From Bacteroidales bacterium (lineage in GTDB: Bacteria > Bacteroidota > Bacteroidia > Bacteroidales > UBA10428), in contig JAFGRC010000172.1 of NCBI GenBank assembly GCA_016935355.1, forward strand, positions 7,091 through 71,090: a DNA stretch of 64,000 nucleotides, written 5' to 3'. This document shows, piece by piece, positions 47,909 through 56,793 of this stretch; positions within the stretch are counted from its first letter, which is position 1, and every line of letters starts with the position of its first letter. The translations under genes and the position numbers were made by a program. Below the pieces are notes generated by a model. It saw only the letters and a program-made list of their open reading frames with translations, ran no database searches and had not been told where the DNA came from.

Positions 47909-48011
47909 AAGAGGTTGTTTGAAATACCCTTTCATTTGGTTAATGATTTGTATTCCTTTCTTTGATCATCATTCCATTGTACGATTGTATACCCGTTTCA
48001 GACAACCTCTT
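47909..48011. repeat. Imperfect 16-bp inverted repeat enclosing a 71-nt spacer between rhaA and the kinase gene
   Basis: AAGAGGTTGTTTGAAA (47909-47924) pairs with TTTCAGACAACCTCTT (47996-48011), 15 of 16 complementary. It is followed by TTTAATTT. Confidence 0.6.
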
Positions 48012-48058
48012 TTTAATTTAATCATACTAAACGTTCAAAACCAAAGTACTTTGATATT

Positions 48059-49423
48059 ATGGGACAAGATGTAATCGCTGTTTTTGATATCGGAAAAACG
48101 AATAAAAAAGTACTCCTTTTCGACCGTTCATTGTCACTTGTGTTTCAGGACGAACAAATATTTGAAGAAATCCGTGATGATGACGGATTCGCCTGTGATG
48201 ATATTGAAAAAATCGAAAAATGGATGGGAGATACAATTGGCGGGCTATCCGGGCGGTTTAACATAAAAGCGGTCAATTTCACCACATACGGTGCAACACT
48301 GGTGTACCTCGACCATAACGGGAAGCGGCTGACTCCCGTATACAACTACCTCAAACCTATGCCGGAAGGGGTACTTGACAATTTTTACGAAAAATATGGC
48401 GGGATGGAGGCGTTTTGCAGGCAGACCGCATCTCCGGCTTTGGGAATGCTGAACTCCGGACTGCAGGTTCTGTGGCTGAAAAGAAAGAAACCCGGCGTAT
48501 TCAGCAAGGTGAACGCCATTGTACATCTTCCGCAATACATGAGTTATTGTTTCACGGGACAAATAACATCTGAATATACCTCCATAGGCTGTCATACGGC
48601 ACTGTGGGATTTTGACCATATGAAATACCACCGCTGGCTTTCGGATGAAAAGATTAAACTTCCGGAACCTGAATCGAACAGTAAGGTTCATGATGTTCAG
48701 ATTAATGGCAAAACAGTCGGGGTTGGTACAGGCATACATGACAGTTCGGCCTCGCTTGTACCTTACCTGAAAGGAACCGGAGATCCCTTCATACTCATGT
48801 CAACGGGCACCTGGTGTATCATTATGAATCCATTTAATTATGAACCGCTTACCGCCGAACAGTTAAAAAGGGATACTCTGTGTTATATGAGCGTGAACCA
48901 GAAACAGGTCAAGTCCTCCCGTTTGTTTATGGGACATATGCATGATGTGAACGTAAAAAGACTGGCGGAACATTTCGGGGTTGATGCCGGATCTTACAAA
49001 AAAGTGAAACCGAATGATGCGCTTTTACCCGGCCTGGCGGATGCTTTCAACGGCGAAAGAATGTTCTTCAGTCGTGAAATCCCTGAAGATTACATTGACC
49101 GTTCGGTGGATCTGGGTAAATTCTCATCCTTTGATGAAGCATACCATCAATTGATTACCGATCTGGTAAGCCTGTGCATGGAATCACTTGAGCTTGTGAC
49201 CGCGGCAGACGACCGCACAAAATCTGTTTTTATTTCGGGCGGTTTTGCACGGAATGAGATCTTTGTGAAGCTGATCGCTTCAGCATTGCCGGAGAAGAAA
49301 GTCTATACTTCCGAAATTGACAATGCCACGGCGATGGGTACGGCAATAACCATCTGGGAAGCCGCATTCGGAGAGCAGGTACCGGCCCTGGATCTGGGTT
49401 TGATGGAGATCATAAAGCACTAA
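48059..49423 (+). CDS. FGGY-family carbohydrate kinase, probable rhamnulokinase by context
   Basis: It is 454 aa with the N-terminal FGGY phosphate-1 motif VFDIGKTNKKVLLFD and the C-terminal GGFARN motif. It lies immediately downstream of rhaT-rhaA. Confidence 0.8.
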   Translation: MGQDVIAVFDIGKTNKKVLLFDRSLSLVFQDEQIFEEIRDDDGFACDDIEKIEKWMGDTIGGLSGRFNIKAVNFTTYGATLVYLDHNGKRLTPVYNYLKPMPEGVLDNFYEKYGGMEAFCRQTASPALGMLNSGLQVLWLKRKKPGVFSKVNAIVHLPQYMSYCFTGQITSEYTSIGCHTALWDFDHMKYHRWLSDEKIKLPEPESNSKVHDVQINGKTVGVGTGIHDSSASLVPYLKGTGDPFILMSTGTWCIIMNPFNYEPLTAEQLKRDTLCYMSVNQKQVKSSRLFMGHMHDVNVKRLAEHFGVDAGSYKKVKPNDALLPGLADAFNGERMFFSREIPEDYIDRSVDLGKFSSFDEAYHQLITDLVSLCMESLELVTAADDRTKSVFISGGFARNEIFVKLIASALPEKKVYTSEIDNATAMGTAITIWEAAFGEQVPALDLGLMEIIKH

Positions 49424-49459
49424 AGAAGCGGTCAAGAAGCGGAAAGTACTGAATATTTT

Positions 49460-49487
49460 CCCCCCTTTCAGGGGGGATTAAAGGGGG
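49460..49487 (+). terminator. GC-rich hairpin downstream of the kinase gene (terminator-like or REP-like element)
   Basis: CCCCCC-tttca-GGGGGG is followed by attaaa-GGGGG. It has the same C-run / T-rich loop / G-run / spacer / G-run layout as 46554-46592. Confidence 0.4.
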
Positions 49488-49552
49488 TTAGTTATGCATT
49501 TTGCAGGTATATAAACATTTTCTGATCGAAGGTTGATAACTTTAACATACAA

Positions 49553-50119
49553 ATGCTTCCTGAAACGGATAAATATTTAATTGAATCCATCAGAAAAGGT
49601 GATTATGCAGCTTATGAAATCGTTTTCAAAAGCTATTATTCCATGTTATGCAAATATGCAACCGGTATCGTCAACAATCCGGATACCGCTGAGGATATTG
49701 TTACCGATGTGCTTGTCAGGATCTGGGAGTTCCCTGAAAAAATTAACATACACACTTCCTTAAAAGGTTATCTGATAAGGAGTGTACGCAATGCCTGCAT
49801 CAATTATCTTACCCGTAGACATAAGCGTTTTCAGGAGTTGAATCCTGAGACCATTGAAAAGCTGAATTCCTTTTTACCCGTCCCGAATTCTGACATTCCG
49901 GCAGATCAGATGATCGGAAATGAGCTGGAGGCGAAACTTGATCAAATCATTTGTGAATTGCCGTCAGAGTGTGGTAAAATATTTTTATTGAGCCGCCGGG
50001 AATCATTATCCCACCGTGAAATTGCCACCAGGTTGAATATTTCGGAAAATACGGTCAAGGTTCAGATTTACAGAGCACTGTCAAAGATCAGGGAAGCACT
50101 GAAATATTATCTTGAATAG
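49553..50119 (+). CDS. ECF-type RNA polymerase sigma-70 factor
   Basis: It is 188 aa. The region 2 segment is F..YY..L..YA.....N...AEDIV.DV. The region 4 helix-turn-helix is SHREIATRLNISENTVKVQIYRAL. Confidence 0.9.
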   Translation: MLPETDKYLIESIRKGDYAAYEIVFKSYYSMLCKYATGIVNNPDTAEDIVTDVLVRIWEFPEKINIHTSLKGYLIRSVRNACINYLTRRHKRFQELNPETIEKLNSFLPVPNSDIPADQMIGNELEAKLDQIICELPSECGKIFLLSRRESLSHREIATRLNISENTVKVQIYRALSKIREALKYYLE

Positions 50120-50275
50120 TTTAAAGGCATGTACTGACTGTCAATTAGATTAGAAGTTACAGCAGAAATTCCCGGTGGTTTCCGGTACAATTTCTAAAGG
50201 GAGCTGAAAAATTTCTTATATAGCTGTAATACCACAATCAAAAAAATGTGTCATAACAATAATTAAAGTAGTTGT

Positions 50276-51457
50276 ATGAATCATCCCACCATTTCAGAAT
50301 CCCTGCAGGCGGCAATCATCGGTTATTATTCAGACAGTCTGACACAGGCCCAGGCTGATGAATTGCTTGTCTGGTTAGAGCACAGTGAAAAAAACAGAAA
50401 GTACTTACATGATCTGGGCAGACTTTGGAACATCACCGGATCATTAAGAGACAAGGAATTTAATGCCGATCGGGCATTGTCTGCCGCACGTGAAAAAATC
50501 TGCGAAAGGGGCTTTCGCAAACCAAGCGGCCGCCAGGTTCGCATCCGGCTGTCCGGTTTCTATAAACTGGTCGCAAGTCTGATTCTTTTAACTGTTTTGG
50601 CAATATCGGCATACCTGATTTTAACCCCTTCACGACCAGCTTTTGATGGCGATAAGTATTTTGAAGCTTTTGCTCCAAAAGGCTCTAGGTCGTTTATTCT
50701 CATGCCCGACGGAACCAACATCTGGTTGAATGCAGATACCAGACTGAGGTACAATGCGGAATTTGGCAAATCAACACGTGATGTTTTTTTGGATGGAGAA
50801 GCTTTCTTTGAGGTTGAGAAAAACACAGACATACCTTTTAAAGTAATCACCTCCGATATCAGCATCACTGCGCTGGGAACGTCTTTTAATGTGAAATCAT
50901 ATAAAGACGAGAACACCATTGAAACGACCCTCGAGGAAGGTTTGCTGAGAATCGAACCTTTAAAGCCTTCAAAAGGTATGGGGAAAACCGGACCCGTTAC
51001 GCTCGAACCCAACCAGAATGCTGTTTTTGTTAAAAATACCGGTACTGAAGCAATGGAAATAGTTACCGATGTTACTTCCGAAAGAGCTGAAATTTCTCAG
51101 GAAAATGAACCGGTAACGGATTCTGATCCTGAGAGCTTAAAGACTATGCAGATCCAGAAGGTGGCCGATACCAAACTTTACACTTCCTGGAAGGACCAGA
51201 GGTGGATCATTAAGAACGAAAGGCTGATTGAACTGGCACCCAAGCTTGAGCGGCGCTTTGATGTGAACATCATTTTCATGAGCACAAATCTGGAAGATTT
51301 TGCCATAACGGCAACATTGCTGGAAGAACCTATTGAGCAGGTTCTACAGGCAATGAGTCTGTCAACCCCGATAAAATTCGAGGTAAAATCCAAGAATGTT
51401 TACCTGTATGAAGATCCTGAACTCATGAGCCGGTATAAAGAAATTTTAAATCCCTGA
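50276..51457 (+). CDS. FecR-family anti-sigma factor
   Basis: It is 393 aa with one central TM segment (LVASLILLTVLAISAYLIL). The FecR motif is PDGT.IWLNADT.L.Y...F....R.V.L.GEAFFEV, and it follows the ECF sigma gene. Confidence 0.88.
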   Translation: MNHPTISESLQAAIIGYYSDSLTQAQADELLVWLEHSEKNRKYLHDLGRLWNITGSLRDKEFNADRALSAAREKICERGFRKPSGRQVRIRLSGFYKLVASLILLTVLAISAYLILTPSRPAFDGDKYFEAFAPKGSRSFILMPDGTNIWLNADTRLRYNAEFGKSTRDVFLDGEAFFEVEKNTDIPFKVITSDISITALGTSFNVKSYKDENTIETTLEEGLLRIEPLKPSKGMGKTGPVTLEPNQNAVFVKNTGTEAMEIVTDVTSERAEISQENEPVTDSDPESLKTMQIQKVADTKLYTSWKDQRWIIKNERLIELAPKLERRFDVNIIFMSTNLEDFAITATLLEEPIEQVLQAMSLSTPIKFEVKSKNVYLYEDPELMSRYKEILNP

Positions 51458-51520
51458 AAATACTGATTAACAACTAACTAATAAAACCAATGCCCATGAC
51501 CTGAAAAAATCCGGCTAAAA

Positions 51521-51556
51521 CCAAAAAAAGCCACGCCAGAGCAAGGCTCCGGCGTG
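51521..51556 (-). terminator. Canonical intrinsic terminator oriented on the minus strand, between two plus-strand genes
   Basis: The minus strand reads CACGCCGGAGC-CTT-GCTCTGGCGTG (10 of 11 pairs, GC-rich), followed by GC TTTTTTT GG TTTT. On the plus strand the hairpin has no downstream T-tract. Confidence 0.6.
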
Positions 51557-51626
51557 ACAGCAATGAATTAAAAATTACCCGTCTTATGGTTCGCGGCCAT
51601 AAAGACGATATTATTAACTTTTAATC
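51521..51626 (-). ncRNA. Candidate cis-antisense sRNA (about 105 nt) opposite the susC 5' region, DonS-like
   Basis: A minus-strand -7 box TAATTTTG is present (plus-strand CAAAATTA at 51631-51638). There is an internal stem-loop at 51580-51607 (CGTCTTATGG / CCATAAAGACG) and the minus-strand terminator at 51521-51556. No expression data are available. Confidence 0.4.
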
Positions 51627-51637
51627 AACTCAAAATT

Positions 51638-54600
51638 ATGAAAAAACCTGAACATTTATGCAATCGGAAGATTTCCGATTTAAAAAAACTACTACTAGCT
51701 ATGAAAATAACAATGATTTTTCTGTTAACCGGAGTACTGCAGGTTTCGGCAACTGTATACTCCCAGAACACGAAAATTTCCTTCGACCTGAAAGATATAA
51801 GTGTGAAGGAAGTTCTGAATGAAATAGAAAGAACCACGGAATTCCGGTTCTTTTATAATGAGAACTTTACCGACCTGGACCGGACTGTAACAATTGAGGC
51901 AAATGAAAACAGGGTGGAAGAGATTCTCAATGACCTGCTGGCATCCTCAGAGGTTACCTTCAAGGTACTTGAGAACAACCTGATTGTGATCACGCCCAAA
52001 ATTCTGATGCAACAGATACGGGTGACCGGTATGGTGACCGATGCATCAAACGGAGAACCACTTCCGGGCGTTACGGTACAGGTGCAGGGTACCATGACGG
52101 GAGCGATCTCACAGGCTGACGGAAGCTACAGCGTGAATGTATCGGAGGGTTCAAATACGCTGGTATTCAGTTTTGTCGGTTATACAACCCAGGAAATTGC
52201 AATCGGCGGTCGCTCCGTGATCAATGTTGCGATGGTTGAAGAAATCACGGCACTTGAAGAGGTTGTGGTCGTCGGATATGGTACGCAGACAAAAAGATCC
52301 GTCACGGGAGCCATCCAGACAATTAATTCAGAGGAATTGGCTGATATACCCGTGACTTCAGCCACCCAGACATTGCAGGGGAAAGTAGCAGGAGTGCAGA
52401 TCAACCAGACCACCGGAAGACCCGGAGAGGGCATGGCCGTCAGAATCCGCGGAGCGGGCTCCATTTCCGCGGGCAGTGAACCGTTGTATGTGATTGACGG
52501 ATTTCCCATTACCGGAGACCTGACCAATTTCAATACAGATGAAATCGAGTCCATTACGATATTGAAAGATGCCGCATCAACCTCCCTCTATGGCTCAAGA
52601 GCCGCCAACGGCGTTGTGCTGGTTACAACGAAGAAAGGTACGCAGGGCCGCACGGAAGTTGGCTTCAATGCATACTACGGCGTGCAGGTGCTTCCTGAAA
52701 AAGGACGGCCTGATATGATGAACGGAACGGAATTCGCCCAGTATAAGAAAGAATCCTATGAAGATAAAGGGCAGGCCGTACCGGCGGCATTCCAGAACCC
52801 TGAACAATACGGTGAAGGATATGACTGGTATGATATCATGTTCCGTAAAGCTCCCATACAGGAATATACGCTTTCGCTTACCACCAGGACCGACAGGTTC
52901 AGTGCTTCGGCAATTGCCGGTTTTACGGAACAGGACGGTATTGCGATCAATTCAGGGTACAACCGTTATTCCCTCCGTCTGAATACCGAGTATAAGGTCA
53001 GTGATATGATCACATTCGGTTTTAACGTCGCCCCGACTTATAACAGTCGGTACTCTGCAGGAACTGAAGGTGCGTTTCATGGTGGAAATCTTTTGTATTT
53101 GGGTCTGCTTACATGGCCGATTATGGATCGGGACGGGAATATCGGCAATACCGGTCTGACCATTGATGATATTCCTGCACTGGGGGGATTCCCGCAGGCA
53201 AACTACTATGAATCAGCACAGGAGATCAAAAGCACAAACAATTCATCCCGATTGCTGTCCAATGCATACCTTTCCATTGAACCCATCGACGGACTGGTTC
53301 TTAAACAGGCAATTAATATAGAGTACGGAAACGGTGAATCAAAACTTTTCAATCCTTCCACGGCATCCAGCCGATTTGCCGTAGCTCCTCCCGTAACTGC
53401 GTTTGCAAATTATGGCAGCAGTTCAAGTGTTTCCTGGTTATCCGAGACCACAGCCACCTATACAAAGGCATTGGGAAGCCATAACCTTGAAGTACTGGCG
53501 GGTTATTCGGTGCAGGAATATACCGGAAAAAGCATGGATATCGGAGTGAATACATTTCCGGACGACAGGATCAGTGATGTTGATGCAGCTACTGTTATTG
53601 ATGAAGGTGGTACGAATTCCAGCGTAAATGAATGGGCGCTTCTTTCTTATATCGGACGGCTGAATTATGATTTCAGGGGTAAATATCTGATTTCTGCTGC
53701 CTTCAGGCGTGACGGTTCTTCCCGGTTCGGCGAAAACAATCGTTGGGGTAACTTTCCTTCCGTATCTGTGGGATGGATCGTATCAGAAGAAAATTTCTTT
53801 CCTCAGAATGATGTTTTAAGTTTCCTGAAAGTGCGTGCCAGTTACGGTCTTACCGGTAACAACAACATTGGTAATTACACACAGTATGCGTCGGTAAACC
53901 TGGGCGCCAATTATATTTTAGGAAGTACTATTGCCAGCGGATCCTATGTTTCCAATCTCGCCAACCCGACCCTGAGCTGGGAAAAGTCAAAGCAACTGGA
54001 TATTGGTGTTGACCTTGGTTTCGTGAACAACAGGATCAGTGTCAACTATGATTTTTACCAGAAAAACACGTATGACATGCTGTATAATTTTGATATTCCC
54101 AATTCATCCGGGTTCGGAAGCTTCCAGGGCAATTCAGGTGAACTGAAATTCTGGGGACATGAGATCGCCGTGACTTCAAGGAATTTTGTAGGTGAATTTA
54201 AATGGACCACAAACGCGAACATCACCTTTTCTGACAACGAGGTAGTGTACCTGGCTCCGAATGTGGATGCCATTTACGGTAGAGGCCATATCAGCAAGGT
54301 TGGTGGTCGTCTGGGCCTGTTCTGGGGACTGATCCAGGACGGCATTTACGAGACACAGGAAGAGTATGACAGTTCTCCCAAAGCATCACGCTCACGTGTC
54401 GGAACCATTAAATTCGTGGATGTCAACGGTGATGACAGGATAGACAACAGAGATGTCGACGGTGACCGCACTGTCATCGGGGATCCCACTCCCAAATTCC
54501 TTTTCGGGTTAACCAATACCTTTAACTACAGGAATTTTGATCTTTCCATCGTCGCTTCCGGATCGGTAGGCAATGATATTGCCAACCGCTTTTATCAGGG

Positions 54601-54988
54601 AACAACCAACATGGATGGCCCGTTTAACGTGCTGGCGGATATCAAATACAGATGGCGATCAGAAGAGAATCCAGGGAAAGGTTTATGGGGTACTACCACG
54701 CAGCAGACATCGATGCAAAGGGACTGGTTTCACAGCTACTTTATTAAAGACGGATCATTTTTAACTATTAAGAATGTTACATTGGGTTATAACGTGAATG
54801 TCAACCGGATCAATATGCTGAGCAGGCTCAGAATCTATGCATCCGTGCAGCAGTTGTACACCTTCACAAAGTACGAAGGCAACAACCCGGAGGTCAGCGG
54901 CAGTCAAAATGTATTAAGTTTGGGTGATGACTCCTCCGGCTATCCCGTGCCCAGGACCTTGACATTTGGAATAAATGTTGGATTCTAA
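51638..54988 (+). CDS. SusC-like TonB-dependent receptor/transducer with an N-terminal STN signalling domain
   Basis: It is 1116 aa. The STN-like segment is DLKDISVKEVLNEIERTTEFRFFY. The CRD segment is IRVTGMVTDASNGEPLPGVTVQVQGT. The plug motif is VVGYGTQ.K...TGA, and the C-terminus is ...TFGINVGF. An alternative ATG lies at 51701. Confidence 0.93.
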   Translation: MKKPEHLCNRKISDLKKLLLAMKITMIFLLTGVLQVSATVYSQNTKISFDLKDISVKEVLNEIERTTEFRFFYNENFTDLDRTVTIEANENRVEEILNDLLASSEVTFKVLENNLIVITPKILMQQIRVTGMVTDASNGEPLPGVTVQVQGTMTGAISQADGSYSVNVSEGSNTLVFSFVGYTTQEIAIGGRSVINVAMVEEITALEEVVVVGYGTQTKRSVTGAIQTINSEELADIPVTSATQTLQGKVAGVQINQTTGRPGEGMAVRIRGAGSISAGSEPLYVIDGFPITGDLTNFNTDEIESITILKDAASTSLYGSRAANGVVLVTTKKGTQGRTEVGFNAYYGVQVLPEKGRPDMMNGTEFAQYKKESYEDKGQAVPAAFQNPEQYGEGYDWYDIMFRKAPIQEYTLSLTTRTDRFSASAIAGFTEQDGIAINSGYNRYSLRLNTEYKVSDMITFGFNVAPTYNSRYSAGTEGAFHGGNLLYLGLLTWPIMDRDGNIGNTGLTIDDIPALGGFPQANYYESAQEIKSTNNSSRLLSNAYLSIEPIDGLVLKQAINIEYGNGESKLFNPSTASSRFAVAPPVTAFANYGSSSSVSWLSETTATYTKALGSHNLEVLAGYSVQEYTGKSMDIGVNTFPDDRISDVDAATVIDEGGTNSSVNEWALLSYIGRLNYDFRGKYLISAAFRRDGSSRFGENNRWGNFPSVSVGWIVSEENFFPQNDVLSFLKVRASYGLTGNNNIGNYTQYASVNLGANYILGSTIASGSYVSNLANPTLSWEKSKQLDIGVDLGFVNNRISVNYDFYQKNTYDMLYNFDIPNSSGFGSFQGNSGELKFWGHEIAVTSRNFVGEFKWTTNANITFSDNEVVYLAPNVDAIYGRGHISKVGGRLGLFWGLIQDGIYETQEEYDSSPKASRSRVGTIKFVDVNGDDRIDNRDVDGDRTVIGDPTPKFLFGLTNTFNYRNFDLSIVASGSVGNDIANRFYQGTTNMDGPFNVLADIKYRWRSEENPGKGLWGTTTQQTSMQRDWFHSYFIKDGSFLTIKNVTLGYNVNVNRINMLSRLRIYASVQQLYTFTKYEGNNPEVSGSQNVLSLGDDSSGYPVPRTLTFGINVGF

Positions 54989-55032
54989 TCCATTGAGAGC
55001 TTTATTAAATGATCATTTAAATTTATATAGAT

Positions 55033-56544
55033 ATGAAATTCAAATATATATTACTAACGGTTTTAACAGTGGTTCTTTTGAACGCCTGTTCGGAAGATTT
55101 TCTTGACAGACCCTCACAGTCAGCCCTGACATCGGCCGTCTATTTCAAGACCCAGGCGGACTTTGAATCGGCTGTAAATGGTATTTATGCGCCCCTGAGG
55201 ACTTTTTACAACAATCAAACCAAAAACAATACCTGGGTTCCTCCGAATCTGCAGATGGGCGATATGCATTCCGATAACGCAAGGTATTACTACAATCCGA
55301 ATTACCGGGCTGTCAGTGAATCTTCTGCCGATTTTATTCCTGAGCCAAATCAGTTTTCAGGGTACTGGAACAGCTACTATTCCTGGATCTCACGTGCCAA
55401 CCAGGTGCTTGCAATGATTGATAATGAAGGTATTGAATGGGAGAGCACCGCGGTCAGGGACAATTTAAAGGGCCAGGCATTGTTTATGCGGGCATGGAGC
55501 TACTGGTGGCTGGCACAGTTATACGGCGATGCCTGTATTCATCTTGAACCGGTTGCTTCTGTCGAGGAAGCAAGTGTTCCATTAAGTCCTGAATCAGAGA
55601 TCATCGGCATTGTGATCACCGATGCTACTGCAGCTTCAACGCTTTTGCTGAACAAGGCAAATCAGCAACCCGGACGTGTAACGTCGGGAACGGCAAAGAT
55701 GTTGCTTGCCGAAGTCGCAATATGGGAAAAGGATTATGGAACGGCAGAGACATTGCTCGAAAGCCTTGCCGGTGAGTATTCCCTGATGCTGACCTATGCA
55801 GATGTATTTGATCCGAACCAGAAGAACAATGCCGAATCCATTTTTGAGATACAGTATTCCGGAGCTACGTCAACCTATTCAAGCAACTTCGCTTACCCGA
55901 TGATGCCCTATCCGATGAGCGCAGATACCATGGCCAAACTCACAGGTGTCAGCAATGCAACGGCACTTACTGAGGGGGAAGGTTATTGCACTCCCACACC
56001 TCTTTTGCTTGCTGCATATGAACCCGGTGATGAGCGGTTTGATGTAACAATCAGGTATATTTATAATGCAAATGATTCTCTGGTTCCGACATGTGTTAAG
56101 TATCTGCACCCACATTCACTGAACTTCCAGGCGGATGAGAACATGCCCATATGGAGGTATGCTGAAGCTTTATTGTACCTCGCGGAGGCCATTAATGAGC
56201 AACCCGGTAGCCGGCAGGCTGAGGCCATGGGATATGTCAACGAGGTAAGAAACAGGGCCGGTCTTGTTGACAATACAACTGCAACAACCCAGCAGGAAGT
56301 TCGTGATGCAATCCTGCAGGAAAGACGCATTGAACTGGCCTTTGAAGGAAAACGTTTCTGGGACCTGGTCCGTTTTGACCTGGTTGAGGATGTGGTCACG
56401 GATTACGGTGCTGCTGTGAGAGCCGATCCCATTGGATATTATTTGGGAATCGGAATAGATCCGGTACCCACCGCATTTACTGATTTCAGGACCAAGTTCG
56501 AGATCCCCGATGGTGAAAGACTGGTGAATCCTTATATTGACTAG
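55033..56544 (+). CDS. SusD/RagB-family outer-membrane lipoprotein
   Basis: The lipoprotein signal ...VVLLNACSEDFLDRP is typical of SusD. Length is 503 aa, and it lies immediately downstream of susC-like. The motif ERRIELAFEGKRFWDLVR is present. Confidence 0.93.
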   Translation: MKFKYILLTVLTVVLLNACSEDFLDRPSQSALTSAVYFKTQADFESAVNGIYAPLRTFYNNQTKNNTWVPPNLQMGDMHSDNARYYYNPNYRAVSESSADFIPEPNQFSGYWNSYYSWISRANQVLAMIDNEGIEWESTAVRDNLKGQALFMRAWSYWWLAQLYGDACIHLEPVASVEEASVPLSPESEIIGIVITDATAASTLLLNKANQQPGRVTSGTAKMLLAEVAIWEKDYGTAETLLESLAGEYSLMLTYADVFDPNQKNNAESIFEIQYSGATSTYSSNFAYPMMPYPMSADTMAKLTGVSNATALTEGEGYCTPTPLLLAAYEPGDERFDVTIRYIYNANDSLVPTCVKYLHPHSLNFQADENMPIWRYAEALLYLAEAINEQPGSRQAEAMGYVNEVRNRAGLVDNTTATTQQEVRDAILQERRIELAFEGKRFWDLVRFDLVEDVVTDYGAAVRADPIGYYLGIGIDPVPTAFTDFRTKFEIPDGERLVNPYID

Positions 56545-56600
56545 GCGCGTTTGGTTATTCCAACAGAAATACCTTTACGGTATGAGGGCATATGAAAGAT

Positions 56601-56635
56601 AAAAGGAGGAGGCATTGGTTTCCTCCTTTTATTTA
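56601..56635 (+). terminator. Intrinsic terminator after the susD-like gene
   Basis: AAAAGGAGGA-ggcattggtt-TCCTCCTTTT is followed by ATTTAT. The flanking A and T tracts make it potentially bidirectional. Confidence 0.65.
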
Positions 56636-56793
56636 TCAGTCGGCTGAAAAGTTTTACAGAAGAAACGGATGAAATGCAGAACTTTATTTTTACATCATCC
56701 CGGACTCAAGCCCGCAGCAACATAAAGCAACAAACATAAAACACGACTGGATTGCCAGTTTTTTACAACCATTGAATTAAACATTAACATCTG

